Shown here: positions 19,185 to 28,477 of the stretch, piece by piece
Numbering within the stretch: position 1 is the stretch's first letter
Layout: each line of letters starts with the position of its first letter
NCBI GenBank assembly: GCA_965261545.1
Contig: CBDHDF010000003.1
Location: 1 to 30,551, forward strand
Direction: 5' to 3'
DNA length: 30,551 bases
From: Bdellovibrionales bacterium
GTDB taxonomy: Bacteria; Bdellovibrionota; Bdellovibrionia; Bdellovibrionales; UBA1609
Program-made: the position numbers and the translations under genes
The notes under the pieces: generated by a model
Seen by the model: only the letters and a program-made list of their open reading frames with translations
What the model was told of the DNA's origin: nothing
Database searches by the model: none

Positions 19185-19843
19185 TAGCTTGGTTAATGTT
19201 GTTGATTTGCCTTCTCACCTCCGTCCCTTTCTTGGTAAACATAGCCCGACACTCTGTCCATGTGGTGTTAATGTCGGTCACTGTAAGAGAGCTGATAAAA
19301 GGGCCTTGGGCACTGGTTCCACAGTGAGCAACCGTATCTGTTTGTATATAACCAGGCCTTGTGACCTTGGAGTCCAGTGTATTGATGGGAACCTTATTTT
19401 TCATATATTGGGCAGGACAGGTTGTGGACAATCCCTTAGAGACCACTGAAGCCAAGCGAATTTCCTTCAGATAACGCTTCAAGGTGCTGGCACTCATTTT
19501 TTCTAACTGAAGCTTTAAGTGGGGAGGACACGACTCATAATTGGGGAGCCAATCCGGTAGAGCGGCTTTTATTCGTACAGCCGAGATTTTTTCCATTTGT
19601 TCCCACAAATATTTGATGTGGGGTCGTAACTCCTCTTGAGAATAAGCCAGAGGCCTCCCTGACCGCTTGAGTGGCACAGAGCCAATTTTGTTGAATCTCG
19701 TTTAATCTCCTTATGAGTCGCTTCCTAGAGAGGTTTGTGACCAGTTCCGCATGATCTAGCAACTCCCCTTTTTTAGCCTTAGAACTTTGTTGATATAAGC
19801 CTGAAATTGCAGTTAAGTAAGCATTAACAGCCGACTCCCTCAC
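19185..19843 (-). pseudogene. rve-type DDE transposase, proximal fragment (1-nt frameshift near 19685)
   Basis: GTG 19843 after RBS gagggg. Reads ...YQQSSKAKKGELLD...SRKRLIRRLN, then GRPLAYS...MSASTLKRYL...PGYIQTDTVAHCG...LTVTDINTTWTE. Joins INQA|IPF across the IS1634. Confidence 0.83.
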
Positions 19844-20156
19844 TGAAGACCCCCTCGTTGATTGTTTGTTTCCAAAGATCAATCTTACTGAGAGGATCAA
19901 CAGAGGGGTAGCTCGGCTGATCTGTTTTAGAAGGCGTAACAACCGGTGTCTTATTGAGTGAGGGAGTCTCCTCAACGCACATTTTTGACTCAAAAAGAGA
20001 AAAGTGGGAACTCGGTGTCGGAATAATGAGCCAGCCAGGTGGAGGACCATAACCCGGGCACCACGAAGGTGTTTTAATGTGATGCGTCTTGGTGTCGTTT
20101 ACTTATGACCCAATACGATGCTGCTGTCAAACTCGGGACAAAGTAAATGCGACGGA

Positions 20157-20705
20157 CTATGGAATGGGATGAATATGAAGACGCTTCTGTGCTGACGGGC
20201 TTTTAACAATTTTTCCCCCTACTGTTTGACCGATATTAAGTACCAGTAAATGGGAAACTCTTAAACCCCCTACCCATAAAGAGTTTTGATTATTTCTACG
20301 GACGGGAAGCTGAACCAAAATGAGAAAATGTCCTTGTGAACACTTAAGAGTTTGTTTCTCTTCCATGGAGCTAGAGATAAGGGAGCTATTGGCATAGAGT
20401 TCCCACGCTATCATATGGTCCTGAAAGCCCCCCTCATTGCAATCACCAGAGATATTGAATTGAGATTGATGGGGTTGAAGAAAAATTTCCGACGATGGAG
20501 AATGGACAATGAGACTCAGAAGGTCTTCCTTTGGTTCGCTGCACTTATTGGCATCAACATCAATGCAATGGCTGCTGGATTCAACAACAGCAGGTTCTTC
20601 TACATTTTGACAATTTATAAACATGACCATTACCATTATAAAAGAAAGAAGTAGACTAAGCCCTCCAAGTCCAAAATAATTTCTGCGATTCTTACTTTTT
20701 GCCAT
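20157..20705 (-). CDS. Hypothetical exported or lipoprotein, 182 aa
   Basis: Basic N-terminus, hydrophobic stretch ending FINCQ, several Cys, and an 'FNISGDCNEGGF' beta-rich domain. RBS aagga. Confidence 0.7.
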   Translation of the reverse strand: MAKSKNRRNYFGLGGLSLLLSFIMVMVMFINCQNVEEPAVVESSSHCIDVDANKCSEPKEDLLSLIVHSPSSEIFLQPHQSQFNISGDCNEGGFQDHMIAWELYANSSLISSSMEEKQTLKCSQGHFLILVQLPVRRNNQNSLWVGGLRVSHLLVLNIGQTVGGKIVKSPSAQKRLHIHPIP

Positions 20706-21097
20706 AAGGTCCTTTTTTCGTCGCTCTTCTCCTGTATTATAGGCTTATCCGCCTTATCGACTCATTGAGAGGAATACTTGAGAAAAATTCGACTTCCTGT
20801 TTTTTCAAAATTTGCTTTATTTTTTTCTTGAATTGTATGGAAAGAGCAATATATCATACGTGTGGTAACCTTCATGGGGGGCGCCTTGCTTCCCCACCCA
20901 GCCCATGAATGTTGTGTATTAAAATAGGATTTATTAATAAATCCAGTATTTTAGAGGAAAAACATTCATAGTGACTGCTCAGGGGGAGGGGAAGAGTTCA
21001 AGAAATAGTGCCTCTTCTTACAAGAAGAACTGTAAACCCCTTTTTGTAAACTCGTGTCTACCTGAGCAGTTACAAGCCACCCAACGAAGGAGTCAGA

Positions 21098-21361
21098 ATG
21101 TCAGCTAGAGTGAAGTTATATTCCATGCAGCATTGTCCATTTTGTGATCGAGCCAAACGCCTTTTAGATGACAAAGAAATCAACCACGAAGTGATTGACC
21201 TTACTTCTCAACCTGAAGAACTAGAGAAGCTCAGAAAACGAACGGGAATGAGAACCGTTCCCCAAATCTTTATCAATGATGAGCTTATTGGTGGATTTCA
21301 AGAGCTTTCCGCTATGGAGTCCAGCGGCGAACTTAAAAAAAAGCTTGAGGGAAAGCCATAA
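21098..21361 (+). CDS. grxC: Glutaredoxin 3-like dithiol glutaredoxin
   Basis: CPFC active site, TVPQIFI, IGG motif, 87 aa. RBS aaggag. Confidence 0.92.
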   Translation: MSARVKLYSMQHCPFCDRAKRLLDDKEINHEVIDLTSQPEELEKLRKRTGMRTVPQIFINDELIGGFQELSAMESSGELKKKLEGKP

Positions 21362-21495
21362 CAACGAGATAGAAATCTTGATTCATTCGATTCTTCTGTT
21401 GCATGACTTGAAACATACAAAGTATAAAAAAATTAATATAAAAAAATGTGAAATTAAATAAATACACTAACGTACATAATAAGGGGGATAAAAAC

Positions 21496-22536
21496 ATGCA
21501 AAAAATTTATTGGTATCTCATTTTAGTATCCTGTGGCTTCTTGATGTCATGTGCCGTGCCTGTAAGGCAGCACACTGACGGGCCCAACCAAAGTCAAGGG
21601 GAGTCTAGCCCCTTCCATCGAACCACTGAACATTCTTGCCATGGCAAAAGGCCATGCCAAAAGTATAAACATGATGACTCTATTATTCAACATGAACTGA
21701 ATCTTTGGCAACAGCCCCACGTTGATGTTGATCCACAGGGTTTAAATACAATACTTCCCCTGGACAAAAAGATTCACTTGGCTTTGGCTGAAGAGTCCAC
21801 ACTTCATCCTCCCTTGCATGAAAGAAAATATGGTGAACACAAGTGCAAGGGTCATGGAAAGAAGCACGGTGAACACAAGTGCAAGGGTCATGGAAAGAAG
21901 CACGGTGAACACAAGTGCAAGGGTCATGGAAAGAAGCACGGTGAACACAAGTGCAAGGGTCATGGAAAGAGGCATGGTGAACACAAGTGCAAGGGTCATG
22001 GAAAAAAGCACGGTGAACACAAGTGCAAGGGTCATGGAAAGAAGCATGGTGAACACAAGTGCAAGGGTCATGGAAAGAGGCATGGTGAACACAAGTGCAA
22101 GGGTCATGGAAAGAAGCATGGTGAACACAAGTGCAAGGGACTTCGAGGACATCATGAGAACGCAAAGAAGCGCTTTGCCCAAAGAGTTCTCGTACAAGTT
22201 CCTAAAGGAGGGCTTTACAGGGTTTCCATGAAGCATCGTCATTGGGTGAACATCATTGATAAAACCTCTGGCAAACTTATACCACCTTATAAGCATTTTC
22301 TTATCAAATCAGAGGTCATTAAAAAAGTTGTTGAATACAGTTTGGCAGAGGGCACGCCCTATATGCTCGAAGTCTCTAGCCGCCATGCCTCCCCTTTGGC
22401 TCTGATGGTTTCTCAACACCAACCTGCGCCGGCGTCGCCGCCTGCGCCAATGAATAAACCTTACATTACACCACCAGCCCAAGGCGACTCAACCCAAGAG
22501 CCAAAGGATGGTACTGATACAAAAGAAGAAAAATAA
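21496..22536 (+). CDS. Putative lipoprotein with a His/Cys/Lys-rich tandem repeat (candidate metal-binding), about 346 aa
   Basis: RBS aagggg before ATG 21496. Signal peptide with lipobox-like FLMS-C. (GEHKCKGHGK[K/R]H)x8 plus a partial unit. Globular C-terminal domain and Pro-rich tail. Confidence 0.8.
   Translation: MQKIYWYLILVSCGFLMSCAVPVRQHTDGPNQSQGESSPFHRTTEHSCHGKRPCQKYKHDDSIIQHELNLWQQPHVDVDPQGLNTILPLDKKIHLALAEESTLHPPLHERKYGEHKCKGHGKKHGEHKCKGHGKKHGEHKCKGHGKKHGEHKCKGHGKRHGEHKCKGHGKKHGEHKCKGHGKKHGEHKCKGHGKRHGEHKCKGHGKKHGEHKCKGLRGHHENAKKRFAQRVLVQVPKGGLYRVSMKHRHWVNIIDKTSGKLIPPYKHFLIKSEVIKKVVEYSLAEGTPYMLEVSSRHASPLALMVSQHQPAPASPPAPMNKPYITPPAQGDSTQEPKDGTDTKEEK
21832..22139 (+). repeat. Coding tandem repeat, 36 bp x 8.5
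   Basis: Unit ggtgaacacaagtgcaagggtcatggaaagaagcac. Variation is limited to synonymous or K/R changes. Confidence 0.97.
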
Positions 22537-22577
22537 GTAACCTTTCATGGGGGCGGGCGCAGGGCTTCTCCACACCG

Positions 22578-22615
22578 CAAAAGAAAAAAAGAGGGAGCCC
22601 ATAGAAAGGCTCCCT
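22578..22615 (-). terminator. Intrinsic terminator between convergent genes
   Basis: Stem agggagcc/ggctccct (22592-22615) followed on the minus strand by a U-rich tract. Confidence 0.7.
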
Positions 22616-22679
22616 TAAAATTGTGATTATTTATGGTTATAATCACTTAGTTAAAAAGTGAATGGAAGATTAAGATTAT

Positions 22680-25301
22680 CTAGAAAGTATAAATACCTTT
22701 AAGGTACCAAGAACCGCCATCATAGGAAGCGGCACTAAGTGTGGAGTAGGGAAACCCAACAGTGTGAAAGCCCGCTGTATTTTCTCCCTTAACTTCTGTG
22801 GGATAAGTGTTCAAGAAATTATTGGCACCAAACACAAGGCTCAGGTCATTCATCACATTATAGGTCACCTCAAAGTCAAGAAACAGTGTGGAATCAATCT
22901 CTTGGGATCTATTCTTCCCATTGTCATCACCAGCAATAGTCCCCATATCATCGTAGTGAGCCCCAATATATCGGGCTCTCAGAAGAAGGTCCCAATCTCT
23001 TGCAACACGAGTGCGAGAAGTGACTATGAATTTATTGGTGGGGTAAGTATTCTCAATATCTTCGATGACATCATCTCTAACCACTTGTACATCATTGATC
23101 TTCCGAGTGCCTGTCACATCGACCATATTCATATTGTAGGCCAAAGAAACGGATGTGAGAAATTTAGGAATATGAGTGGTCCAAACAAGATCCAAGCCTG
23201 TATGGCGAGTGTCTAGAGCATTGGTATAAAAGGACCAGTCATTGACCACATTTTCACTATTCTGAATCGAACCCTCAATTTCGTTGCGATAAATACGGTC
23301 CGTGACAAGGGTCTGATAAATATCGGCACTCAATCTCATATTCTTGGAAATTCGAGAAACAGCACCAACACTGGCGTTGATAGACTTCTCCTCAGCAAGA
23401 GCTCTTCCTCCCAGTTCCAAAGCCTTCTCACTTTCGGGTGGTATATGTCGAACGTGAATTTCTTCAATGTCGTCATCACTTGTGTCCCTATCGGCAAAAT
23501 CTGTCAGTGTTGCTCTCAAGTTGGCTTGCCCTGGAGTGGGGGCACGAAAACCCGTAGAGAGAGATCCTCTTAAGGCAAGGGCAGGGGACCAACTATAGTG
23601 ACCTGCTAGCTTACCCGTCAATGTGCTTCCAAAATTTGTATATTGCTCAAATCTTAGGGCATATTGCATGAAGAGGTCATCGGTCATCCCGTGCTCAAAA
23701 TCTGTATAAGCGGCAAAACTTGTGCTGTCATAGGTGCCTGCATCGGCAAGCTTTGTTCCCGGCATTCCGCTCACGCCTCCACCGACGCGGGCAGGGTAAC
23801 TCCCTGGGTATTGGGTATAAATTTCTTGACGCACTTCGAGGCCATAGGTCCAAACCATATTATTAATATAATCATCAAGATTTTTAGAAAAATCGGCATT
23901 GAATCGCATTTCTTCTTGTTTGAGATCTGCTGTATCAAAGCTTCTGACAGCACGGCCTCCATCATCCAAAGGTGCATTGGGATTGAGAGAATTTTTCAGT
24001 GTGTAATCCATGGTGTTCATACCCATAGCCACACTCAAATCGTATTTGTGACCCCACGGGCCCTCGTCCCCCTTTAAACCCGCTGTCACACTAAAGTCAT
24101 TCTGGTCCCCTTCAAGAAAGGGAGTGAAGCCAAGTTGATGAACTTCTTGAAGATTGACCGGCACCGGCGAGGACGAAAGAGAGTTGGTTCCTGTAAGGGC
24201 ACGATTCTCTATATTGCGATAAAAAAAAGACCAATCTCCCTTGGTGCGAGAGTAGTTACCAAAAGCGTATAAATGCCTATCTCCACGGAGCTTACAAGAA
24301 GAGTTGGCAAAAAAGCGAGTTCCAGAAAGAGCGGGCCGCCCCCAAGTTTGGGCGTATTTGTCATTGTTAAAGTGATTTCCCTGGAAGGGAAGCCCTTGAT
24401 CAATCAAAGCCTGTGCATCAGGGTGCTGTTTCCCACGGGAAAGATGCTCCGCACTATTTGTATCCATGGAGAGGTTGAGAAAGCCATTGTCACAAAGCTT
24501 CGTTCCCATATTGGCACTAAGACGCCAATTTTGCTCTCCCTCAAAGTGATTTCCATAAACCATTTCCATGGAGCCACCGCTGGAGGCATCCTTAAGAGAA
24601 AAGTTAACCACCCCTGCCATGGCATCTGAGCCATATTGGGCCGCCGCTCCATCTCGAAGAACTTCAATACCCTTAATGGCAATGATGGGTATCATACCAA
24701 TATCCGCCCCATGGGCCCCCCTATTGGCGGGAGAAGCAAAAAGGTGAAGAACTGATGAACGATGGCGACGCTTTCCGTTGAGCATCACCAAGGTCTGATC
24801 CGCAGTTCCTCCCCTCATGGTGGTGGGAACGACAAAAGCACTTCCATCAAAGGCACGCCCCGATGAAAAGGAGGGGATCAGTGCCTCAAGGCTTTGAATC
24901 ATACTGCCGCCTCCCCCAACAGAAGAAATATCACTGCTATCAAAAACATCAATAGGAGTTGTGGAATTGCCTGCAGAACGAGTTCCAGAGCGAGTCCCTA
25001 GAACGAGAATCTGCTCATAACTGCTTCCTTGGTCTTCTAAATCTTGCTTCTCTAAACCTTGTTTCCTCAAATCTTGACTGTCTTCAAACCGTGCTTGGGC
25101 TTTATGGGGAACTTCACTTTCTGATGAACCTGCTGATGAACCTGAAGTACTCTCTGCTGAGTCGGGAGCCTCGGTCTTACTATTTGGATTGTCTGCGCTA
25201 TGGACCGAACCTCCAAAAACAACACCCAAGACCAGCAAAGAGACGGCAAGAAAAAACGATCTTAATGACCTTGGTGACTTTAATGATGATTGATACTTCA
25301 T
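22680..25301 (-). CDS. TonB-dependent outer membrane receptor, about 873 aa
   Basis: Likely start ATG 25301 (RBS ggaggt), signal peptide, TonB-box-like EQILVLGTR, plug motifs TLVMLNGKRRH and IEVLRDGAAAQYGSDAMAGVVNF, STGFRAP, C-terminal YLKGIYTF. Confidence 0.95.
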   Translation of the reverse strand: MKYQSSLKSPRSLRSFFLAVSLLVLGVVFGGSVHSADNPNSKTEAPDSAESTSGSSAGSSESEVPHKAQARFEDSQDLRKQGLEKQDLEDQGSSYEQILVLGTRSGTRSAGNSTTPIDVFDSSDISSVGGGGSMIQSLEALIPSFSSGRAFDGSAFVVPTTMRGGTADQTLVMLNGKRRHRSSVLHLFASPANRGAHGADIGMIPIIAIKGIEVLRDGAAAQYGSDAMAGVVNFSLKDASSGGSMEMVYGNHFEGEQNWRLSANMGTKLCDNGFLNLSMDTNSAEHLSRGKQHPDAQALIDQGLPFQGNHFNNDKYAQTWGRPALSGTRFFANSSCKLRGDRHLYAFGNYSRTKGDWSFFYRNIENRALTGTNSLSSSPVPVNLQEVHQLGFTPFLEGDQNDFSVTAGLKGDEGPWGHKYDLSVAMGMNTMDYTLKNSLNPNAPLDDGGRAVRSFDTADLKQEEMRFNADFSKNLDDYINNMVWTYGLEVRQEIYTQYPGSYPARVGGGVSGMPGTKLADAGTYDSTSFAAYTDFEHGMTDDLFMQYALRFEQYTNFGSTLTGKLAGHYSWSPALALRGSLSTGFRAPTPGQANLRATLTDFADRDTSDDDIEEIHVRHIPPESEKALELGGRALAEEKSINASVGAVSRISKNMRLSADIYQTLVTDRIYRNEIEGSIQNSENVVNDWSFYTNALDTRHTGLDLVWTTHIPKFLTSVSLAYNMNMVDVTGTRKINDVQVVRDDVIEDIENTYPTNKFIVTSRTRVARDWDLLLRARYIGAHYDDMGTIAGDDNGKNRSQEIDSTLFLDFEVTYNVMNDLSLVFGANNFLNTYPTEVKGENTAGFHTVGFPYSTLSAASYDGGSWYLKGIYTF

Positions 25302-25452
25302 GAATATACCTCCCATGATACCCTCAGTAATTGAGGTTGGTGATGAGTTTATTGTACAAATATGGTTTAAAACACTTTTATGAAATGAGTCCTCTTTATT
25401 TGTCTCATACAGTAAGAATTCCCATAAAATCAAGAAAGTTCACTCAAGCAAA

Positions 25453-25644
25453 CTAGCGAAGGGGCTTCTTTGGAGCACCTGCTTTGGTTCCAGTATGATT
25501 TTTCCAATTCATTTCAATGCTTGATACGTAGCGTTTTTCCCAAGCTTCCCACTTGGACTTAGAAAGATTATGACGTACGCCCCCTTCTGCATCAAAGATA
25601 TTAGGGTTCTTACCAAATAAGAAATTTCGTATTGTTGAAAACAA
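25453..25644 (-). CDS. Small hypothetical protein, 63 aa
   Basis: TTG start with upstream aagga. Fills the intergenic gap and has a protein-like composition (KWEAWEKRY...NWKNHTG). Confidence 0.6.
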   Translation of the reverse strand: MFSTIRNFLFGKNPNIFDAEGGVRHNLSKSKWEAWEKRYVSSIEMNWKNHTGTKAGAPKKPLR

Positions 25645-25814
25645 AATCCCTATCCTTTGCTTATTTTAATACTTTGCTTTGCTTATCTCATTTATTTAGT
25701 TTCCTAATAGACTTATCTACTGTATAAGGGAATATGTCAAGGCGGCTCAAGCCAAACAAACAAACAAATTCAAGCCGACCCATGTCATCAATTTTATTGA
25801 CTCAAGAGGAATTC

Positions 25815-27647
25815 ATGCCCCCCCAGTTACCCAAGCAACCCTTCTGGTTTGCTCTTCACTTTATTAAGAATTTCAAGCGGCCTCTACTGGCCATGATGGT
25901 TTTGGAGGCCGGGCAAGCCAGCTGTCAGATTCTACTCCCCAGTGCTATCAAAGATATCATAGATACGATCGACCACATGGGCCAATCCCTTTCTCAAAAT
26001 CAAGTTTTCACCCATATCAAAGAGCCCGCGTGGACTTTTGTGGGTCTGAGTGTCGGGATTCTTATTTTCAGTCGTGCCAGCGGTGCGATTTTAATCTACG
26101 CCGGCCCCGCTCTAAGGCGGCTGACACGATACAACTTATACAGTTATTTACAGCACCACTCCCATCGATTTTTTACATCTAATTTTTCTGGAGCTCTTTC
26201 CAACAAAATCAACGAAGTCTCTGTGGGAATCAACCACGCCCTATGGACCATCATGTTTGATTTCTGGCCCGTACTTATTACATTCTCTATCTCGATGATT
26301 TTACTTGCCAAAGCCCAAACTGAATTGGCTCTTTACTTGGGATCTTGGCTTTTTGTCTATGTGCTGGCATCCTTTCTGCTCGCCATAAGAGCACGAAAAT
26401 ATGCCAAAAATTTTGCGGCCGCAAGAAGCACTGTCAGTGGCAAAATTGTGGACTCCGTAACGAATATTATTAACACCCAAATGTTTTCTCGCATGAAATT
26501 TGAGAGAAATTATGTGCGCCACCACCTGAATTTTGAGGTCAAAAAGGCGAGAGAAGCCTTCTGGTTTATGGAGAAAATGCGATGGTTTCAATTTATAGCA
26601 GCTCTCATTCTCCAATTGGGAATGATGTACATGGCTATAAATTATTGGGTACAGGGACGAATTACTCTAGGGGAATTTGCCATGGTTACAAGCCTCTCCC
26701 TACTCATTATCAATGATGCAAGAGGTTTAAGCCGCCGATTTCTTGAGTTCTTTGAGTATTTAGGCAATATTTCCGATGGTGTTGGTACAATGATACAAGA
26801 CCATGAGGTCAAAGATGAGAAAGGAGCCTCCCCTTTAAAAGTCACCAAGGGAGAAATTGAATATAAAAATGTTCACTTTAAGTATATAGATGGAGTTAAA
26901 GTTTTTCAGGGTCTCAATGTCAAAATTTGTGGCGGAGAAAAAGTTGGTGTGGTGGGATTTTCAGGGGCGGGAAAATCCACTTTCATTAGCTTGCTCGCTC
27001 GCCTCTACGATATTCAAGAAGGCGGTATTTACATCGATGGACAGCCAATCACCAAAGTTACGAAGGACTCTCTCAGAGACCAAATTTCCATGATCCCCCA
27101 AGATCCCATGCTCTTTCACAGAAGTGTTATGGAAAACATCCGCTATGGAAAGACGTCTGCCACCAATGACGAAGTCTACCAAGCCACCCAATTAGCCTTT
27201 GCCCACGACTTTATTCAAGAATTGCCTCAAGGATACGAATCCCTTGTGGGGGAAAGGGGAGTTAAGTTATCTGGTGGGCAAAGACAACGCGTAGCCATCG
27301 CCCGGGCGATTCTCAAAGACGCCCCCATACTGGTCCTCGATGAGGCCACAGCCAGCCTAGACTCCAAAACTGAAAAGCTAATTCAGGTGGGGCTGGACAA
27401 CCTCATTCAGGGAAAAACTGTGCTTGTGGGAGCCCACAGACTCTCCACCATCCACCACATGGATAGAATTCTTGTCTTTCACCAAGGAAAAATCATCGAA
27501 CAAGGCAGCCATGAGAAACTCCTCACCATGGACGGGCATTATGCCATGCTATGGGAAATGCAGGCCGGTGGTTTTTTGCCCCTCGAACCCATGGACAGTA
27601 TAGAAACTGTCAAAGCCACCAGTAAAACACTCCCCTGCACCCTCTGA
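25815..27647 (+). CDS. ABC transporter, fused permease/ATP-binding (MsbA/MdlB-type exporter)
   Basis: N-terminal TM helices, Walker A GFSGAGKST, Q-loop IPQD, signature LSGGQRQR, Walker B ILVLDEATASLD, H-loop AHRLST. Start 25815 chosen by RBS (25734 possible). Confidence 0.95.
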   Translation: MPPQLPKQPFWFALHFIKNFKRPLLAMMVLEAGQASCQILLPSAIKDIIDTIDHMGQSLSQNQVFTHIKEPAWTFVGLSVGILIFSRASGAILIYAGPALRRLTRYNLYSYLQHHSHRFFTSNFSGALSNKINEVSVGINHALWTIMFDFWPVLITFSISMILLAKAQTELALYLGSWLFVYVLASFLLAIRARKYAKNFAAARSTVSGKIVDSVTNIINTQMFSRMKFERNYVRHHLNFEVKKAREAFWFMEKMRWFQFIAALILQLGMMYMAINYWVQGRITLGEFAMVTSLSLLIINDARGLSRRFLEFFEYLGNISDGVGTMIQDHEVKDEKGASPLKVTKGEIEYKNVHFKYIDGVKVFQGLNVKICGGEKVGVVGFSGAGKSTFISLLARLYDIQEGGIYIDGQPITKVTKDSLRDQISMIPQDPMLFHRSVMENIRYGKTSATNDEVYQATQLAFAHDFIQELPQGYESLVGERGVKLSGGQRQRVAIARAILKDAPILVLDEATASLDSKTEKLIQVGLDNLIQGKTVLVGAHRLSTIHHMDRILVFHQGKIIEQGSHEKLLTMDGHYAMLWEMQAGGFLPLEPMDSIETVKATSKTLPCTL

Positions 27648-27704
27648 CGGATGAAGTCGAACAATGCCTTAGCCTTAATGCCTTAATTCCTTCTCCCTTG
27701 ACAC

Positions 27705-28448
27705 GTGATGCTAGTATTGTATTTTAAAGGAATGTTCACTCTCTCCTCTATGCAACCTCTTCTCCACCATCTTCTGTGGAGCATCCCTATCATAACGACC
27801 CTTTATCTTATATTTACAACATCTCTCACGGGCTTTGCAGAAGTCACGTCCAAGGGTGCCACCCAAAGCGCCACTCAACGCGCAAATAAAAACATAACTA
27901 AAGGTGTGGTCCAAGGTACGACTCAAGGTGCTGCTGAAAAGGCAACCAAAGGTAGTCTGACGACGGCCAAAGCTCCAACCACCTCACCCTTAAAGGCTCG
28001 CCGCTCTCGACAGCCCCAGAGAAATCCAAGCTCACAAACTGTTGCAAAGGCCCTGAATAACCACCTTAAAAAACTTAAGGGTATCTGTGAGAATCACACG
28101 GATCCCCAGAAACAGCTCTCCATTTTTAGCAGCTCCCTAGATCATTTAAAACAGTGGATTCAACATCAAAAAAGTAAAGAGAGTCTCACCCTCAATGATC
28201 AATTGATTTTGAACGAAATATACAATCGAGCCAAAGAACTGCCCTACAAACAAATCATGGGCGAACATGTTCCCACTCTAAAAAAGGCACTTGTCATCAA
28301 AAGTGAATTTGAAAGAATTTATAGGCATTCCTATAACCTTGAATCTGAAGTGTCTATTTTAAACCCCTGGGCCCAAGAGATACTGCAAACTCTCAATTGT
28401 ATTGTGATTAACTCTCAAAATGCCACAACCACTCATGAGGAAAAATAA
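27705..28448 (+). CDS. Hypothetical exported protein
   Basis: Hydrophobic N-terminus, Thr/Ala/Lys-rich linker and helical C-terminus. True start uncertain. Confidence 0.6.
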   Translation: MMLVLYFKGMFTLSSMQPLLHHLLWSIPIITTLYLIFTTSLTGFAEVTSKGATQSATQRANKNITKGVVQGTTQGAAEKATKGSLTTAKAPTTSPLKARRSRQPQRNPSSQTVAKALNNHLKKLKGICENHTDPQKQLSIFSSSLDHLKQWIQHQKSKESLTLNDQLILNEIYNRAKELPYKQIMGEHVPTLKKALVIKSEFERIYRHSYNLESEVSILNPWAQEILQTLNCIVINSQNATTTHEEK

Positions 28449-28477
28449 GAAATAAAGAATAAGGAACAAAAATTAAA

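Larger units (their letters stand above)
17047..20117 (-). mobile_element. rve/integrase-core (unclassified ISNCY-like) IS remnant, split by IS1634 and truncated by ISL3
   Basis: Transposase pieces at 19843-19185 and 17279-17047. Repeated ggtgt...tga motifs at 19946, 20013, 20068 and 20091 suggest the surviving end. Outer boundary approximate. Confidence 0.65.

Noticed and set aside
21832..22139. CRISPR array (36-bp period)
   Set aside because: Units are contiguous with no spacers and are in frame within a protein. No cas genes in the window.
21683..22296. Alternative-frame repeat ORFs (21683-22165, 21742-22296, 21818-22231)
   Set aside because: By-products of a stop-free 36-bp repeat. The 21496 frame has the RBS, signal peptide and flanking domains.
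25302..25452. Riboswitch or Fur box upstream of the TonB receptor
   Set aside because: No cobalamin or TPP consensus and no convincing Fur palindrome visible. An Rfam scan would settle it.
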